Shown: one piece after another, positions 30,257-40,959 of the stretch | How the letters are laid out: every line of letters starts with the position of its first letter | Position numbering within the stretch: the stretch's first letter is position 1 | Assembly (NCBI GenBank): GCA_045046875.1 | Contig: JASFYY010000002.1 | Location: 40,189-104,188 of the forward strand | From: Verrucomicrobiota bacterium | GTDB lineage: Bacteria; Verrucomicrobiota; Verrucomicrobiia; Verrucomicrobiales; DEV007 | Direction: 5' to 3' | Length of the DNA: 64,000 bases | Made by a program: the position numbers and the translations under genes | Notes under the pieces: generated by a model | What the model saw: only the letters and a program-made list of their open reading frames with translations | What the model was told of the DNA's origin: nothing | Databases searched by the model: none

Positions 30257-31294
30257 ATGAGTAATTCCTACGATAAAACAGCCTTACGAAAACAACGCAC
30301 AGATTTATGGGTGGGTTTGTTTGTGTTCATGGGTTTGGCGATCATGGGAGCCTTGGTGGTTCAATTTGGCAGGTTCAGTGACCGTTTGAGAGAAAGTTAT
30401 TTTTTGTATGTGACCTACCCTGATGCCGGCAGCTTGGTTCGAGGGGCTCCGGTGCGACTGGGCGGAGCAAAGGTGGGGGTGGTGGCAGATGCTCCCCAGT
30501 TGAATGAGGATTATGCCAGTGTGCGTGTTCCCCTGGAAATTCACAGCAACAAAAAAATCCCTGCAGGTTCGCGTTTTATTATCGCTTCGAGTGGGTTGAT
30601 GGGAGATCTTTATATTCGAGTAAAAAGTCCGGAAAAACTCACTGGTGAGTATATAAAACCAGACAGCGAAATTGATGGCGACGCGGCGACAGGTCTGGAT
30701 GAGATTCAGGCGGAAGCAGGTGAGTTGTCGGGTCGAGCCAAGTTGATGATGGAGGATATTCGTCTGGCGGTGAAAACTTTGGATAAAACTTTGAAGAAGA
30801 TCGATGAAGGCATGTTGAGTGAAGATAATCTGGCTAATTTCAAGGATACGCTGGCTGATTTAAAAAAGACTGGAGAGAATTTTAAGGTAGCCAGCGAAAA
30901 ATTGGGCCCTTTGTTTGATAAAAGTAAAGAGGCAGTAGTTGAGGCAAAAGTTGCCTTTAAAAAAGTCGGGGAAACCTTTGATACCACCAAAGAGCTGGTC
31001 AAAAAAGCTGGCCCAGCGCTGGAGAAGCTCGATCCCACTATTTCTGAGTTGAAGGAAACCCTGGCAAAAGCCAATGCGGCGATTGATAAACTTACAGAAG
31101 GGGACGGGACCACTGCAGCGTTGATTTCAGATAAAGAATTGAAGGAAAATCTTGAGAGTTTCATTTCGAACCTCAATGAGCATGGGATTCTTCGTTATAA
31201 AAACGACAAGAAAGATAAAAATGCGACCACTAAAAAACCCACAACAGGGAGCTCACGCACGGGTTTGAAAAAATGGTTTTCCAAAAAGCCTTGA
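30257..31294 (+). CDS. mlaD: MlaD/MCE family protein with long helical C-terminus
   Basis: TM helix, GAPVRLGG.KVG.V, GLMGD.YI, GDGT..LI.D. Confidence 0.88.
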   Translation: MSNSYDKTALRKQRTDLWVGLFVFMGLAIMGALVVQFGRFSDRLRESYFLYVTYPDAGSLVRGAPVRLGGAKVGVVADAPQLNEDYASVRVPLEIHSNKKIPAGSRFIIASSGLMGDLYIRVKSPEKLTGEYIKPDSEIDGDAATGLDEIQAEAGELSGRAKLMMEDIRLAVKTLDKTLKKIDEGMLSEDNLANFKDTLADLKKTGENFKVASEKLGPLFDKSKEAVVEAKVAFKKVGETFDTTKELVKKAGPALEKLDPTISELKETLAKANAAIDKLTEGDGTTAALISDKELKENLESFISNLNEHGILRYKNDKKDKNATTKKPTTGSSRTGLKKWFSKKP

Positions 31295-31467
31295 TCCTCA
31301 GCTTGGTTTTTTATTGCAAAAACACAAAGGATCTTTAAGCAGCGACCGATTTAGCTTGAATCCGGGGTGATTTCGGTTATCACAAACAGACCGCGATTTC
31401 AGGGAATGCCGTATATGCTGCTTGTTCCTCGAATGGGCGGGAAACAAGTATTTTACCGATCACAATC

Positions 31468-32634
31468 ATGGATTTTATAGCCTCAAATATCTCGGAACTT
31501 AGTCCCTCGGTCACTTTGGCCATCACCAGCGAAGCAAACAAATTGAAGGCTGAAGGGGTGGATGTGTGCAGCTTTGGAGCTGGTGAACCCGACTTTGATA
31601 CTCCTGATTTTATCAAAGAAGCTGCGATTCAGGCTTTGCGTGATGGCAAAACCAAATACACACCGAGTTCCGGTATCATGGAGCTTCGCGAGGGCATTGC
31701 GGAAAAATTGCTGCTCGAAAACGATTTGGAATACAAACCCAAACAGGTGGTGGTGAATTGTGGTGCCAAACATTCCTGTTTTTTGGCGATTCAAGCCTGT
31801 TGCGAACCGGGTGATGAAGTGATCATTCCTTCTCCTTACTGGACCAGTTATCCAGAAATGGTGAAAATCGCTGGTGCAGAGCCTTATGTGGTGGAAACCA
31901 AACCAGAAAATGGCTGGAAACTGACACCAGAAGAATTTGAGGGCGCGATCAGTGGTCGTACCAAGATGCTGATTCTCAACTCTCCCAACAACCCTACAGG
32001 GGCTGTTTATAGCCGTGAGGAACTCGAAGCTCTGGCTGAAGTAGCGCTGACCGAGGACATTTTGATCCTGTCTGATGAGATTTATGAAAAACTCATCTAC
32101 AATGAGAAAAAACACGTGAGCATGGCTTCGATCAGTGAGGAGATCAAAAAGCTGACCATCACCGTCAATGGTTTCAGTAAAGTCTATTCAATGACCGGCT
32201 GGAGAATTGGATATATTGCCGCTCCTTATGACATCGCCAATTCGATCGCTACGATTCAAAGTCACACGACCTCGAATCCAACTTCTTTTGCCCAGTATGG
32301 TGCATTGGCAGCCTTGACGGGCAATCAAGCTTTTGTGACGGACATGGTGGAAGAGTATGACATGCGTCGTCAGTACATGCTGAGCCGTCTGCAAAAAATC
32401 AATAACATCACAGTGGTTGAGCCTGAAGGAGCCTTTTACTTTTTGGTGGGCACCGAGGCGATCGGTTTGACTTCAATGAATCTGACCGAGAAATTGCTTA
32501 GCCGTTATCAGGTGGCTGCCGTCCCAGGTGAAGCCTTTGGTTTCGAAGCTTCTTTGCGTTTGAGTTACGCAACGGGTTTGGATGTGATCAAAACAGGTCT
32601 GGATCGCTTCGAAGAGTTCTGTCACGCGCATTGA
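31468..32634 (+). CDS. PLP-dependent class I/II aminotransferase (aspartate aminotransferase-like)
   Basis: GEPDFDTP, NSPNNPTG, SDEIY, NGFSKVYSMTGWRIG. Confidence 0.93.
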   Translation: MDFIASNISELSPSVTLAITSEANKLKAEGVDVCSFGAGEPDFDTPDFIKEAAIQALRDGKTKYTPSSGIMELREGIAEKLLLENDLEYKPKQVVVNCGAKHSCFLAIQACCEPGDEVIIPSPYWTSYPEMVKIAGAEPYVVETKPENGWKLTPEEFEGAISGRTKMLILNSPNNPTGAVYSREELEALAEVALTEDILILSDEIYEKLIYNEKKHVSMASISEEIKKLTITVNGFSKVYSMTGWRIGYIAAPYDIANSIATIQSHTTSNPTSFAQYGALAALTGNQAFVTDMVEEYDMRRQYMLSRLQKINNITVVEPEGAFYFLVGTEAIGLTSMNLTEKLLSRYQVAAVPGEAFGFEASLRLSYATGLDVIKTGLDRFEEFCHAH

Positions 32635-32652
32635 CCCGGAGCCTTTTCCTTG

Positions 32653-32676
32653 CGCGGCTATTTAGCCGCGATTTTT
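32653..32676 (+). terminator. Hairpin/terminator after the aminotransferase
   Basis: CGCGGCTA-TT-TAGCCGCG followed by ATTTTT. Confidence 0.5.
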
Positions 32677-32713
32677 CATACAAAGTCCGCAAGAACAAAA
32701 ATTGTTAAGGGTC

Positions 32714-32745
32714 TGGCCCTTAATAAACTTGGCCCTTAATAAACT
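32714..32745. repeat. Perfect 16-bp tandem duplication (TGGCCCTTAATAAACT x2)
   Basis: Read directly from the sequence. Confidence 0.9.
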
Positions 32746-32765
32746 TATAAATTAGTGGTGGACAC

Positions 32766-32796
32766 AAAAAAGCCGGGCTGAAAGTCCGGCTTTTTT
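32766..32796. terminator. Bidirectional intrinsic terminator
   Basis: AAAAAAGCCGGGC-TGAAA-GTCCGGCTTTTTT between convergent genes. Confidence 0.85.
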
Positions 32797-32826
32797 GGTT
32801 TTGGATTGGGTTGGAAATCCGGGAGT

Positions 32827-33504
32827 TTAGGATTTCTTCTTTTTATCCGCAGCGGGAGCATCGACTTTGTTATCCATGACTTTATCGACCAGACCGTAAG
32901 CGCAGGCTTCTTCGGCAGTCATGTAATAATCGCGGTCAGCGTCTTTTTCCACTTGTTTGACGGTTTTGCCGGTGTGCTTGGCAATGATGTCATTGAGGCG
33001 CTTTTTGAGGCTGTACATGAACTCCACGGTGCGTTCCACGTCACTTGCGGTGCCTTGGGCGCCGCCTGAGACCTGGTGGATCATGACGTGTGAATTAGGA
33101 AGAGCGAAACGGTTGCCTTTTGTTCCGGCGCAAAGTAGAACAGAGCCCATGCTGGCGGCCATGCCCATGCAATAGGTATTCACATTGCAGGTGACAAATT
33201 GCATTGTGTCGTAGATCGCCAAGCCCGCGGTGACGGAGCCGCCGGGGGAGTTGATGTAAATGTTGATGTCCTTGTTGGGATCCTGCATCTGTAGGTAGAG
33301 CATCTGGGCAATCACGTAGTTGGCCAGTGGGTCACTGATCGGTTCGCCGATGAAGATAATGCGATCTTTCATCAAGCGCGACAAAAGGTCGAACTGGATC
33401 AAGGTGCCGCCTTCTTTTTCGATCACGCTGACACCTTGAACGGTGGCGGCGCGCTGTTGCAGTTCGGCTGGAATAAGGGGGGAGATTGCAGAGGAATAGT
33501 TCAT
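32827..33504 (-). CDS. clpP: ATP-dependent Clp protease proteolytic subunit
   Basis: SRLMKDRIIF, YINSPGGSVTAG, GMAASMG, MIHQ, DRDYYM. Confidence 0.96.
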   Translation of the reverse strand: MNYSSAISPLIPAELQQRAATVQGVSVIEKEGGTLIQFDLLSRLMKDRIIFIGEPISDPLANYVIAQMLYLQMQDPNKDINIYINSPGGSVTAGLAIYDTMQFVTCNVNTYCMGMAASMGSVLLCAGTKGNRFALPNSHVMIHQVSGGAQGTASDVERTVEFMYSLKKRLNDIIAKHTGKTVKQVEKDADRDYYMTAEEACAYGLVDKVMDNKVDAPAADKKKKS

Positions 33505-33607
33505 GATAGTTGAGATGTGGAAACTGAAATAAAGTGGCTTAAAGAGTGAGGCGGAACTGGGGGGAGAAACTTACACGGTCGCTCCGTAATTAAAGCCAAC
33601 GGGAAAA

Positions 33608-34939
33608 TCAGGAATCTTCACTGGTTGCTGCTTTGGCTTCAACATCGGTGATTTTAGCATTCGCCCTGAGGAAATCAAGAGTTCTGCCGATGGTGATGCG
33701 GTGTTGGATATCTCCGAAACCATTGGAATCACGCAGTTCGCGCACCAGTTTTTTGATCGGGCGTCCTGATTGGGCTGCCATCATGGCCACTTGTTGGCGA
33801 ATGTCCTCGTCATTGGCCTCGATGTTTTCTTTTTTGGCGATTTGCTCAAGCACAAAAGTGGTTTTCACATTGGAGCGACCCTGCGTAGCAGCGGTGTCCA
33901 TGATCTGTTCCTGTTGTTCCATGATCTGCTCATCGGCGATGCCATTTTGCTGGCCTTGTTGCACCATGGTATTGACCATGCGCTGGGTTTCGGTTTGCAC
34001 CAGGTGTTCGGGTAAGTCAAAAGCCAGGTCTTTGGTCAAGTGAGTCAGAATCTGGTCAGTCATCGAATCGGTGCGACGAGTTTCCTTTTCGCTTTTCATG
34101 TTCTCTTCGATGAGAGTGCGTATTTCCTCCAGTGTTTTGCCGGGCTGGATTTTTTCGGCGAGTTCGTCATTCAACTCAGGCAGCTCCTGTTGCTGGATTT
34201 TTTTGACTACCACATCGTAAACCAGTTCTTTGCCGCGTAGATCTTCAAAAGCAAAATCATCGTTGAGGGTGATTTTCACTTCTTTGTTTTCCTCGGGTTT
34301 CATGCCGATCAGTTGAGCCGTAAAACCGGGCAAAAAGCTTTCTTCGTCTATTTTGACCCAGAAACCTTCGTTTTCCGCCAGGGCACCCACTTCAAAATCA
34401 GCTTCAGCAAGAGGTTTGCCATCAAGAGTGGCCTTGTAGTCGACAATCGCAAAATCACCTTCAGCTACGGGGCCGTCAACTTCGTTGAATTCGGCAAAGC
34501 GTTCGCGCAGATTGTTGATGGTTTCATTTACTTCCTGGTCGCTTACAGCTACGATCTCAAGTTCAACTGGGATTTCGTTGTAATCAGGCAAGCTGAAATC
34601 CGGAGCGGTGATTAGTTGGGTTTTAAAGGTGAAAGTCTGGTCGGGGTGGAAAGTGGCGTCTTCCGTTTTTCCAAGTCCGATAACGTCGGATTCCTCTTTT
34701 TCAGCTGCACTGGTGCAGCCGTTGCGGACCAAGCGGTCTCTCAGTTCTTCTTCGATTCCTTTGGCAAAGCGTTTTTCGATAATGCTGCGCGGTATTTTAC
34801 CCGGACGGTAACCAGGCACTTTGGCTTGGTTGGCAAATGAAGAGATAATCTCCTTACGCTCACTGTTAACGGTGTCCGCAGGGACTTCGATATGGGCAGC
34901 GACCTGGCAATTGGCTTGTTTTTCCAAAGTAATATTCAT
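33608..34939 (-). CDS. tig: Trigger factor
   Basis: VPGYRPGKIP ribosome-binding motif, FKBP-like domain; directly upstream of clpP. Confidence 0.95.
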   Translation of the reverse strand: MNITLEKQANCQVAAHIEVPADTVNSERKEIISSFANQAKVPGYRPGKIPRSIIEKRFAKGIEEELRDRLVRNGCTSAAEKEESDVIGLGKTEDATFHPDQTFTFKTQLITAPDFSLPDYNEIPVELEIVAVSDQEVNETINNLRERFAEFNEVDGPVAEGDFAIVDYKATLDGKPLAEADFEVGALAENEGFWVKIDEESFLPGFTAQLIGMKPEENKEVKITLNDDFAFEDLRGKELVYDVVVKKIQQQELPELNDELAEKIQPGKTLEEIRTLIEENMKSEKETRRTDSMTDQILTHLTKDLAFDLPEHLVQTETQRMVNTMVQQGQQNGIADEQIMEQQEQIMDTAATQGRSNVKTTFVLEQIAKKENIEANDEDIRQQVAMMAAQSGRPIKKLVRELRDSNGFGDIQHRITIGRTLDFLRANAKITDVEAKAATSEDS

Positions 34940-35004
34940 CGATTCAAAGCTGAAAGTGTTTTAAAAACGGGTCGGATAGTAGTGCAGACTTGGGCTTTTT
35001 GCAT

Positions 35005-36369
35005 CTATTTATTTGTTGTGCTGTATTCCGCTTGCCATTTGGCTAATGTGGACTCGACTCCTTTGGGGCCTACGGCTGCGATTATCAGGCGTTCTGGCGT
35101 GAAAAGTTCGTTGGCTACGTGGCGTATTTGCTCAAGATGGACGGCTTCGAGGCGCTGTTGGGATTTTGCGGGGTCGATCAATTTTCCGTAGGCCATGATG
35201 CTTTCTCCGAGCCAGGTCATTTGTGAAGAAGTGCTCTCTAGTGCGATTTGGCTTTGGCCGATGGCGTAGGATTTGGCTTCTGCCAGCATCTGGGCATCGG
35301 CTAGGTTATGGCGCAGGTCAATGAGGGTGTGGGTGATCACTTCCAGCGCACGCGTGAGGTGTTGCGGATCCAAAGCACAATAGATGTGGAACATGCCGGC
35401 ATCTTCAAAGGTGGTGACGTCGCTTTGGATGCTGTAACAGACAGCTTCTTCTTCGCGCAATTTTTGAAATAACAAGGAGCTCATGTTTTCACCCAATAAG
35501 ACACTGAGCAATTTTTGTGAGTAACGGTGGTCGTCCTTGCGATCAAAGGCGTGGAATGCGATCGAAAAGTGTATTTGTTCGGTTTCCCTAGTGGCTACAG
35601 AGAAGGCGGCTGGGGACTTCTGCAAACAGGGTTTTTCTAGAATAGGCAATGTTCCCGCAGGTAAATCTGCCATTCGAGAGGCGACTGCGTCGAGGGTTTG
35701 CTGATGGGTGATGTTGCCCGCAGCGGCGATAATGCTTTGACAGCCGACGTAGTGGCGGTCAAAAAAGTGTCTTAATTCGCTTTGGCCAAGGGCGCTGGTA
35801 CTTTTGGTGGTTCCGGTGATGGGTCTGCCAAGGGGGTTTTGTTCTCCCCAGGCAGCGCCGCTGAGCAGATCATCGAGATACTGGGATGGCTGGTCAAAAA
35901 CCATGGCAATCTCTTCTTTGATCACGGATCTTTCGTTATCGATATCGGCGGGTTTCAGCGCGGGGTGTTGATACATGTCCGCTATGACATCGGCCATCGA
36001 TTCAAATAATTCGGCAGGGCCACGGGCGTAATAACAGGTATGGTCTTCACTGGTATAAGCGTCGAGGCTGCCTCCGGCACCCTCGATTTCCCGTGCGATG
36101 GCACTGGCTGAACGGGTTTGCGTTCCTTTGAAGAGCAGGTGTTCGACAAAGTGAGCTGCGCCATGTTCGCTGGCACTTTCATGGCGACTGCCGACAGCGG
36201 CCCAAAAACCCAGCGAGGCGCTCGCCATGTGGGGCATTTCAGCGGTGGCGATTCGCAAGCCGTTAGGCAATTCGCTGATTTGATAAACGACGTTTGCTGA
36301 TATCTGCAAACGCTGGCAGGGATAGTCGGCGGAAAGTGTATCGCGGGATGTTGCGTAAGAGGAACTCAT
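35005..36369 (-). CDS. M16 family zinc peptidase
   Basis: LPNGLR, GSRHE, HFVEHLLFKGT, GENMSSLLFQKLRE. Confidence 0.93.
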   Translation of the reverse strand: MSSSYATSRDTLSADYPCQRLQISANVVYQISELPNGLRIATAEMPHMASASLGFWAAVGSRHESASEHGAAHFVEHLLFKGTQTRSASAIAREIEGAGGSLDAYTSEDHTCYYARGPAELFESMADVIADMYQHPALKPADIDNERSVIKEEIAMVFDQPSQYLDDLLSGAAWGEQNPLGRPITGTTKSTSALGQSELRHFFDRHYVGCQSIIAAAGNITHQQTLDAVASRMADLPAGTLPILEKPCLQKSPAAFSVATRETEQIHFSIAFHAFDRKDDHRYSQKLLSVLLGENMSSLLFQKLREEEAVCYSIQSDVTTFEDAGMFHIYCALDPQHLTRALEVITHTLIDLRHNLADAQMLAEAKSYAIGQSQIALESTSSQMTWLGESIMAYGKLIDPAKSQQRLEAVHLEQIRHVANELFTPERLIIAAVGPKGVESTLAKWQAEYSTTNK

Positions 36370-37067
36370 GGTCGGGATCGGTTTTTGATCAGTGCCTCTG
36401 CCAGTGGCAGGTCATCAGCCAAGGTGATTTTGGGATTGGCGGATTCATTTTCAATCAGATGAATAGCCTGTGATGGATCAAAGCGTTGCACAGCTGACAC
36501 CTCGTCTGTAACGATCACAGAATCATGCGTAGCTGCGCGACTGGCCTGGGCAATCAAGTCTGCGGCAAAAGCCTGGGGGGTCTCCATGCGCCAGAGGTTT
36601 TCCCGTTCTACACTGTCTGTGACGATAGCGGATTCATCCGTTCGTTTGAGGGTATCACTCACCCGTTGGGCCAAACTGGCAGCACCATACTTTTCAGCGC
36701 CGTTGATGCATTGGCAGATGGCCTCATCTTTGATTAATGGACGCGCTCCATCATGAACAAGAATAGTTTTAGCGCCGGCGATTTTTTTCAGCGCCGTTTG
36801 AATTCCATTTGATACAGATTCACAGCGCTCGGCACCACCTTTAACCACGGTATTAAGTTTATCGATGCCGTGCTGCTCAGCAAGTGTATGAAACTCCTCT
36901 GTGCGGGAGTCAGCAGCGACCACTATGATATGATCCACTTTTTGGCAGTTTTGGAAAGCCAAGAGGGAATGAGCTAAAACAGGAAGTCCGGCCAGCGGGG
37001 CGGTTAGTTTGTCGAAACCCATGCGGCGACTGTTACCTGCAGCTACAATGATCGCCACCGTGCTCAT
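36366..37067 (-). CDS. ispD: 2-C-methyl-D-erythritol 4-phosphate cytidylyltransferase
   Basis: AAGNSRRMG.DK, GGAER..SV, VHDGARP, TPQAF, NPKIT. Confidence 0.95.
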   Translation of the reverse strand: MSTVAIIVAAGNSRRMGFDKLTAPLAGLPVLAHSLLAFQNCQKVDHIIVVAADSRTEEFHTLAEQHGIDKLNTVVKGGAERCESVSNGIQTALKKIAGAKTILVHDGARPLIKDEAICQCINGAEKYGAASLAQRVSDTLKRTDESAIVTDSVERENLWRMETPQAFAADLIAQASRAATHDSVIVTDEVSAVQRFDPSQAIHLIENESANPKITLADDLPLAEALIKNRSRP

Positions 37068-37076
37068 TTGAAGGAT

Positions 37077-37532
37077 TTAGGAAAGGCGTTGCATCACTCC
37101 CTGGGAGAGAGATTTGTTGTCAGCTCGTCCGGCGATTTTTTCCTGTAAGACTTTCATCACGGCCCCCATGTCCTTACGGGAAGTGGCGCCGATCTCTGCG
37201 ATCGAGGCATCGATCATGGCATTCACTTCTTCTTCAGCCAGAGCTGTGGGAAGATAGTTTTCGAGTACGGCAATTTCCGCACTTTCTTTTTCCACCAGCT
37301 CATCACGTCCGCCCTTTTTGTATTCTTCGACGGAGTCCTGACGCTGTTTGATTTGCTTGCGGATCACTGCCAGGGCTTCGACTTCGTCCAACTCGGCATC
37401 TGCCCCGCCTTTTTCAATAGCGGCGTATTTGATCGCTGATTTCAAAGCTCTCAATACCATCAAGGCATTCGAGTCCTTGGCTCGCATGGCGTTTTTCAGG
37501 TCTTCACCGATTTGTTGGTTCAAAGTACTCAT
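37077..37532 (-). CDS. GatB/YqeY domain protein
   Basis: DLKNAMRAKD, KQRQDS..Y..GGR, YLP, DMGAVM. Confidence 0.93.
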   Translation of the reverse strand: MSTLNQQIGEDLKNAMRAKDSNALMVLRALKSAIKYAAIEKGGADAELDEVEALAVIRKQIKQRQDSVEEYKKGGRDELVEKESAEIAVLENYLPTALAEEEVNAMIDASIAEIGATSRKDMGAVMKVLQEKIAGRADNKSLSQGVMQRLS

Positions 37533-37568
37533 AAGATTAATTTAGTGGTTAATTTTTATAACTCAAGC

Positions 37569-39557
37569 TCAGTCCGCTTTGACCGCAGAGACGATAGCTT
37601 CAACGGTGAGGCCTAGTTTTTCCATCACCTGGGTTGCCGGAGCGCTGATTCCAAATCGGTCGATGCCGACCACTTTGCCGGCGGTTCCTACGTATTTATA
37701 CCACAGCCCGCTGACGCCGGCTTCGATCGCAACACGTTGAGTGCAGGATGCTGGCAAGACGGATTCGCGGTAGTCGTCCGGCATGCGGTCGAAACGCTCC
37801 ATGCAAGGCATGGATACGACACGGGCCCCGCCGCCGAGTTGTTCAGCGGCTTGGATGGCCAGTTCAACTTCGCTGCCGGTGGCAATGATGAGGGTTTCGA
37901 GCTCAGTGCTTTCCTGACGTGCAATGTAAGCGCCACGGCGCACTCCGTTGCGGCGTTCGCTGACGGAAATCTCATTTAGGGTGCGGACTTTTTGTCGGGT
38001 GAGAAAAAGCGCGGTAGGTCCGTCGGTGCGTTGCAGCGCCATGGCAAATGCGCCAGCGGTTTCTTCCGGGTCAGCGGGGCGGATGACGTCGAGGCCGGGA
38101 ATGACCCGCAGACCACTGACGGTTTCCACTGGTTGGTGAGTGGGTCCGTCTTCTCCTACACCGACTGAGTCGTGAGTGAGGATGTAGATGACGGGTAGAT
38201 TAGCGAGCGCCGCAATCCGGATCGAGGGGCGCAGGTAGTCGGCAAAAACGGCAAAGGTCGCTCCGGAGGGTCGGAACAATCCGTCGTAAGCCATGCCGTT
38301 GCAGATGGCACCCATCGCATGCTCGCGGATTCCGAACCAGATGTTGCGCCCCGAGTAGTTGTCACGGCCGAAGTCGCCCGCTTCTTTGATGTAGTTTTTG
38401 GTTGAACCGTAAAGGTCCGCACTGCCGGTGACAAGATTGGGTACCATTTTGGCAAGTGATTGCATCACGACTCCACCGGCTCCACGAGTGGCATCCGTGT
38501 AGTCCTGGTCAAATTCCGGGATTTGCTGATCAAGGTCGGTAGGAATCGAGTTGGCCAGGGCTTGAGTCAGGCTTTCAGCGAGTGCAGGGTTGCTCTCGCT
38601 CCAGTTAGCGAAGAGTGATTCCCATTCAGCGTAGTTGTTGGCCTGGTTTTCCTGGCGTTGGGCAAAAAATGTTTTCACTCCATCAGACACATAAAATAAC
38701 TGGTCGGCGGGCAGTCCAAGACCAGCACGAGCGCTATCTGCGTAGTTGGCGCCGCTTTCACCATGTCCGGCAGCCGTGCCTGCGACTTCGGGAATGCCAC
38801 GACCGATTTCAGTTTTGATTTCGATCAGCTTGGGTTTGCCGTTGTTATCGTTTTTGGCTTTAGCGAATGCCTGGGCAAAAGCTTCCATGTCGTGGCCGTC
38901 AATGGTCACCACGTCCCAGCCATAGGCGTCAAAACGTTTGGCCGTATCCTCGCTTTGTGAACGATCTGCCATGGCGTCGAGAGTGACGTCGTTTGAATCA
39001 TAGATCAAAACCAGGTTGTCCAGGCCAATGTGGCCGGCATAAGAGGCGGCTTCCGCTGAGATGCCTTCCTGCAAACAACCGTCACCCGCCAAAACCACGA
39101 TATGGTAATCAAGGATGGTGTGTTCATCGGTATTGAACTTGGCCGCTGCCATTTTGGCGGAGACTGCGTAACCGACAGCATTGCCGATGCCCTGACCGAG
39201 TGGTCCGGTGGTGGCTTCGACACCTGGAGTTTCATTAAATTCAGGATGGCCGGGGGTTTTGCTGCCCATCTGGCGGAAATTTTTCACTTCATCCAGCGAC
39301 AAATCGTAACCGGCGAGGTGCAACCAGGAGTATAGGAACATGCTGCCATGGCCGGCTGAGAGGATGAAGCGGTCGCGATTGACCCATTTGGGAACCGAAG
39401 GATTGAATTGCAGTGCCTGGCCGAATAGCACCGCTCCGACATCCGCAGCTCCCAAAGGCAGACCAAGATGGCCTGAGCTGCATGCGTGTATGGCGTCGAT
39501 GGCGAGCCCTCGTGCGGTGGCTGCTGATTCTGCTAAAATTTCCTGATTATCGATCAT
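37569..39557 (-). CDS. tkt: Transketolase
   Basis: [54 protein letters not shown]. Confidence 0.98.
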   Translation of the reverse strand: MIDNQEILAESAATARGLAIDAIHACSSGHLGLPLGAADVGAVLFGQALQFNPSVPKWVNRDRFILSAGHGSMFLYSWLHLAGYDLSLDEVKNFRQMGSKTPGHPEFNETPGVEATTGPLGQGIGNAVGYAVSAKMAAAKFNTDEHTILDYHIVVLAGDGCLQEGISAEAASYAGHIGLDNLVLIYDSNDVTLDAMADRSQSEDTAKRFDAYGWDVVTIDGHDMEAFAQAFAKAKNDNNGKPKLIEIKTEIGRGIPEVAGTAAGHGESGANYADSARAGLGLPADQLFYVSDGVKTFFAQRQENQANNYAEWESLFANWSESNPALAESLTQALANSIPTDLDQQIPEFDQDYTDATRGAGGVVMQSLAKMVPNLVTGSADLYGSTKNYIKEAGDFGRDNYSGRNIWFGIREHAMGAICNGMAYDGLFRPSGATFAVFADYLRPSIRIAALANLPVIYILTHDSVGVGEDGPTHQPVETVSGLRVIPGLDVIRPADPEETAGAFAMALQRTDGPTALFLTRQKVRTLNEISVSERRNGVRRGAYIARQESTELETLIIATGSEVELAIQAAEQLGGGARVVSMPCMERFDRMPDDYRESVLPASCTQRVAIEAGVSGLWYKYVGTAGKVVGIDRFGISAPATQVMEKLGLTVEAIVSAVKAD

Positions 39558-39858
39558 CGTATGGTGCGTTGAAGTTTTGAATCCGGCGCTAGTGATAAAT
39601 GTGACCGTAATTCGAGCGCTGCACCGATAAAAGAAAGCGTGTCATCTTTCAAGGGAAAGTGCCCCTGTGCGGGCTCTTAATCATGAATTTGAGCGAAAAA
39701 ACACTGATCATTGAGTCAAATGGCGCATTTGCTTGAAATTCTAAGGTGACAGCGGCGGAAAAGTCAGCATCATACCAACCTTGCTCCTTCATTGGTAATA
39801 AATTGGAAAACCGATGATATCATGTGGGCAGCAAGGGAAAATCATAACTTCGTCGCGT

Positions 39859-40749
39859 ATGTCAGATAACACTGCAGCAAGAAAATTGAAAATCGGGCTT
39901 CCCAAAGGAAGCTTGCAAGAGCCCACTCTCGAATTATTCGATAAAGCCGGGTATCAAATCAGTGGCGCTTCGCGTTCGTATCGTCCGATGATTGATGATC
40001 CGGAAATCGAGATCCGCCTGCTTCGCGCTCAGGAAATCGGGCGTTATGTGGATCACGGTTTTTTGGATTGTGGTATCACCGGCCGGGATTGGGTGGCGGA
40101 AAACCAAGCGGAAGTAGAAGTGCTGTGTGATTTACAGTATTCGCGAGCGACGTCCAACCCGACGCGTTGGGTATTGGCGGTTCCCGAAGATTCTCCCTAT
40201 AAAAGTGTCAAAGATTTGCAGGGCAAACGCATTGCCACGGAAGCGACGGGTTTGGTAGAGCGCTACCTTGAAGAGAATGGAGTGGAAGCGGAAGTGGAGT
40301 TTTCCTGGGGTGCTACAGAGGTAAAAGTTCCTGAGTTGGTGGATGCGATCGTGGATATCACCGAGACCGGTTCTTCCTTGAAGGCTAACAACTTACGCAT
40401 CATGGATACCCTGATGGAGTCTTATCCGCAGTTTATTTCCAATACAGAAAGTTTTAAGGACAAATGGAAGCAGGAGAAGATGAAACGGCTCTCGCTTTTA
40501 CTGGAAGCAGCCTTGTTGGCGCGGGATATGGTGGGTTTGAAGCTCAATCTGCCCGAAAACAAGTTGCAAAAGCTAATAGAAACTCTACCGTCGCTGCGTC
40601 AGCCAACGGTATCGCACTTGACGCAGGATGGATGGGTCGCTGTAGAAACAGTGATTTCTGAAAAAACTGTGCGTGATATCATTCCTGAATTAAAGGAACT
40701 GGGGGCAGAGGGGATTATAGAATATACTCTCAACAAAGTAGTCAATTAA
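39859..40749 (+). CDS. hisG: ATP phosphoribosyltransferase, long form (ORF track starts at 39814)
   Basis: [27 protein letters not shown]-terminal regulatory domain. Confidence 0.96.
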   Translation: MSDNTAARKLKIGLPKGSLQEPTLELFDKAGYQISGASRSYRPMIDDPEIEIRLLRAQEIGRYVDHGFLDCGITGRDWVAENQAEVEVLCDLQYSRATSNPTRWVLAVPEDSPYKSVKDLQGKRIATEATGLVERYLEENGVEAEVEFSWGATEVKVPELVDAIVDITETGSSLKANNLRIMDTLMESYPQFISNTESFKDKWKQEKMKRLSLLLEAALLARDMVGLKLNLPENKLQKLIETLPSLRQPTVSHLTQDGWVAVETVISEKTVRDIIPELKELGAEGIIEYTLNKVVN

Positions 40750-40838
40750 AGGCTATCAAGGTGCCGTCAGTGCTTTTCTCTCGGGAGCGAGAGGAAATTA
40801 GCAGGAAGGCCGGACAACTTAAACACGAAACATAAGCT

Positions 40839-40943
40839 ATGGGTTCGCTCAAAAAAAGACGTAAAACTAAGATCAACAAGCACAAGAGGCGGAAGTTGAG
40901 CAAACGCAATCGCCATAAGAAGCGTTTGCGTTACAAGTCCTAG
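40839..40943 (+). CDS. 34-aa basic protein, AURKAIP1/COX24 (bS22/mS38-like ribosomal protein) family
   Basis: Manual translation MGSLKKRRKTKINKHKRRKLSKRNRHKKRLRYKS; matches the MGSxxKxRxxxxxKHKxRK pattern; below the ORF-track cutoff. Confidence 0.88.
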   Translation: MGSLKKRRKTKINKHKRRKLSKRNRHKKRLRYKS

Positions 40944-40959
40944 GGGCTAAGCTTTTGCT

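Noticed and set aside
32714..32745. CRISPR array
   Set aside because: Only two abutting 16-bp copies with no spacer, and no cas genes in the window.
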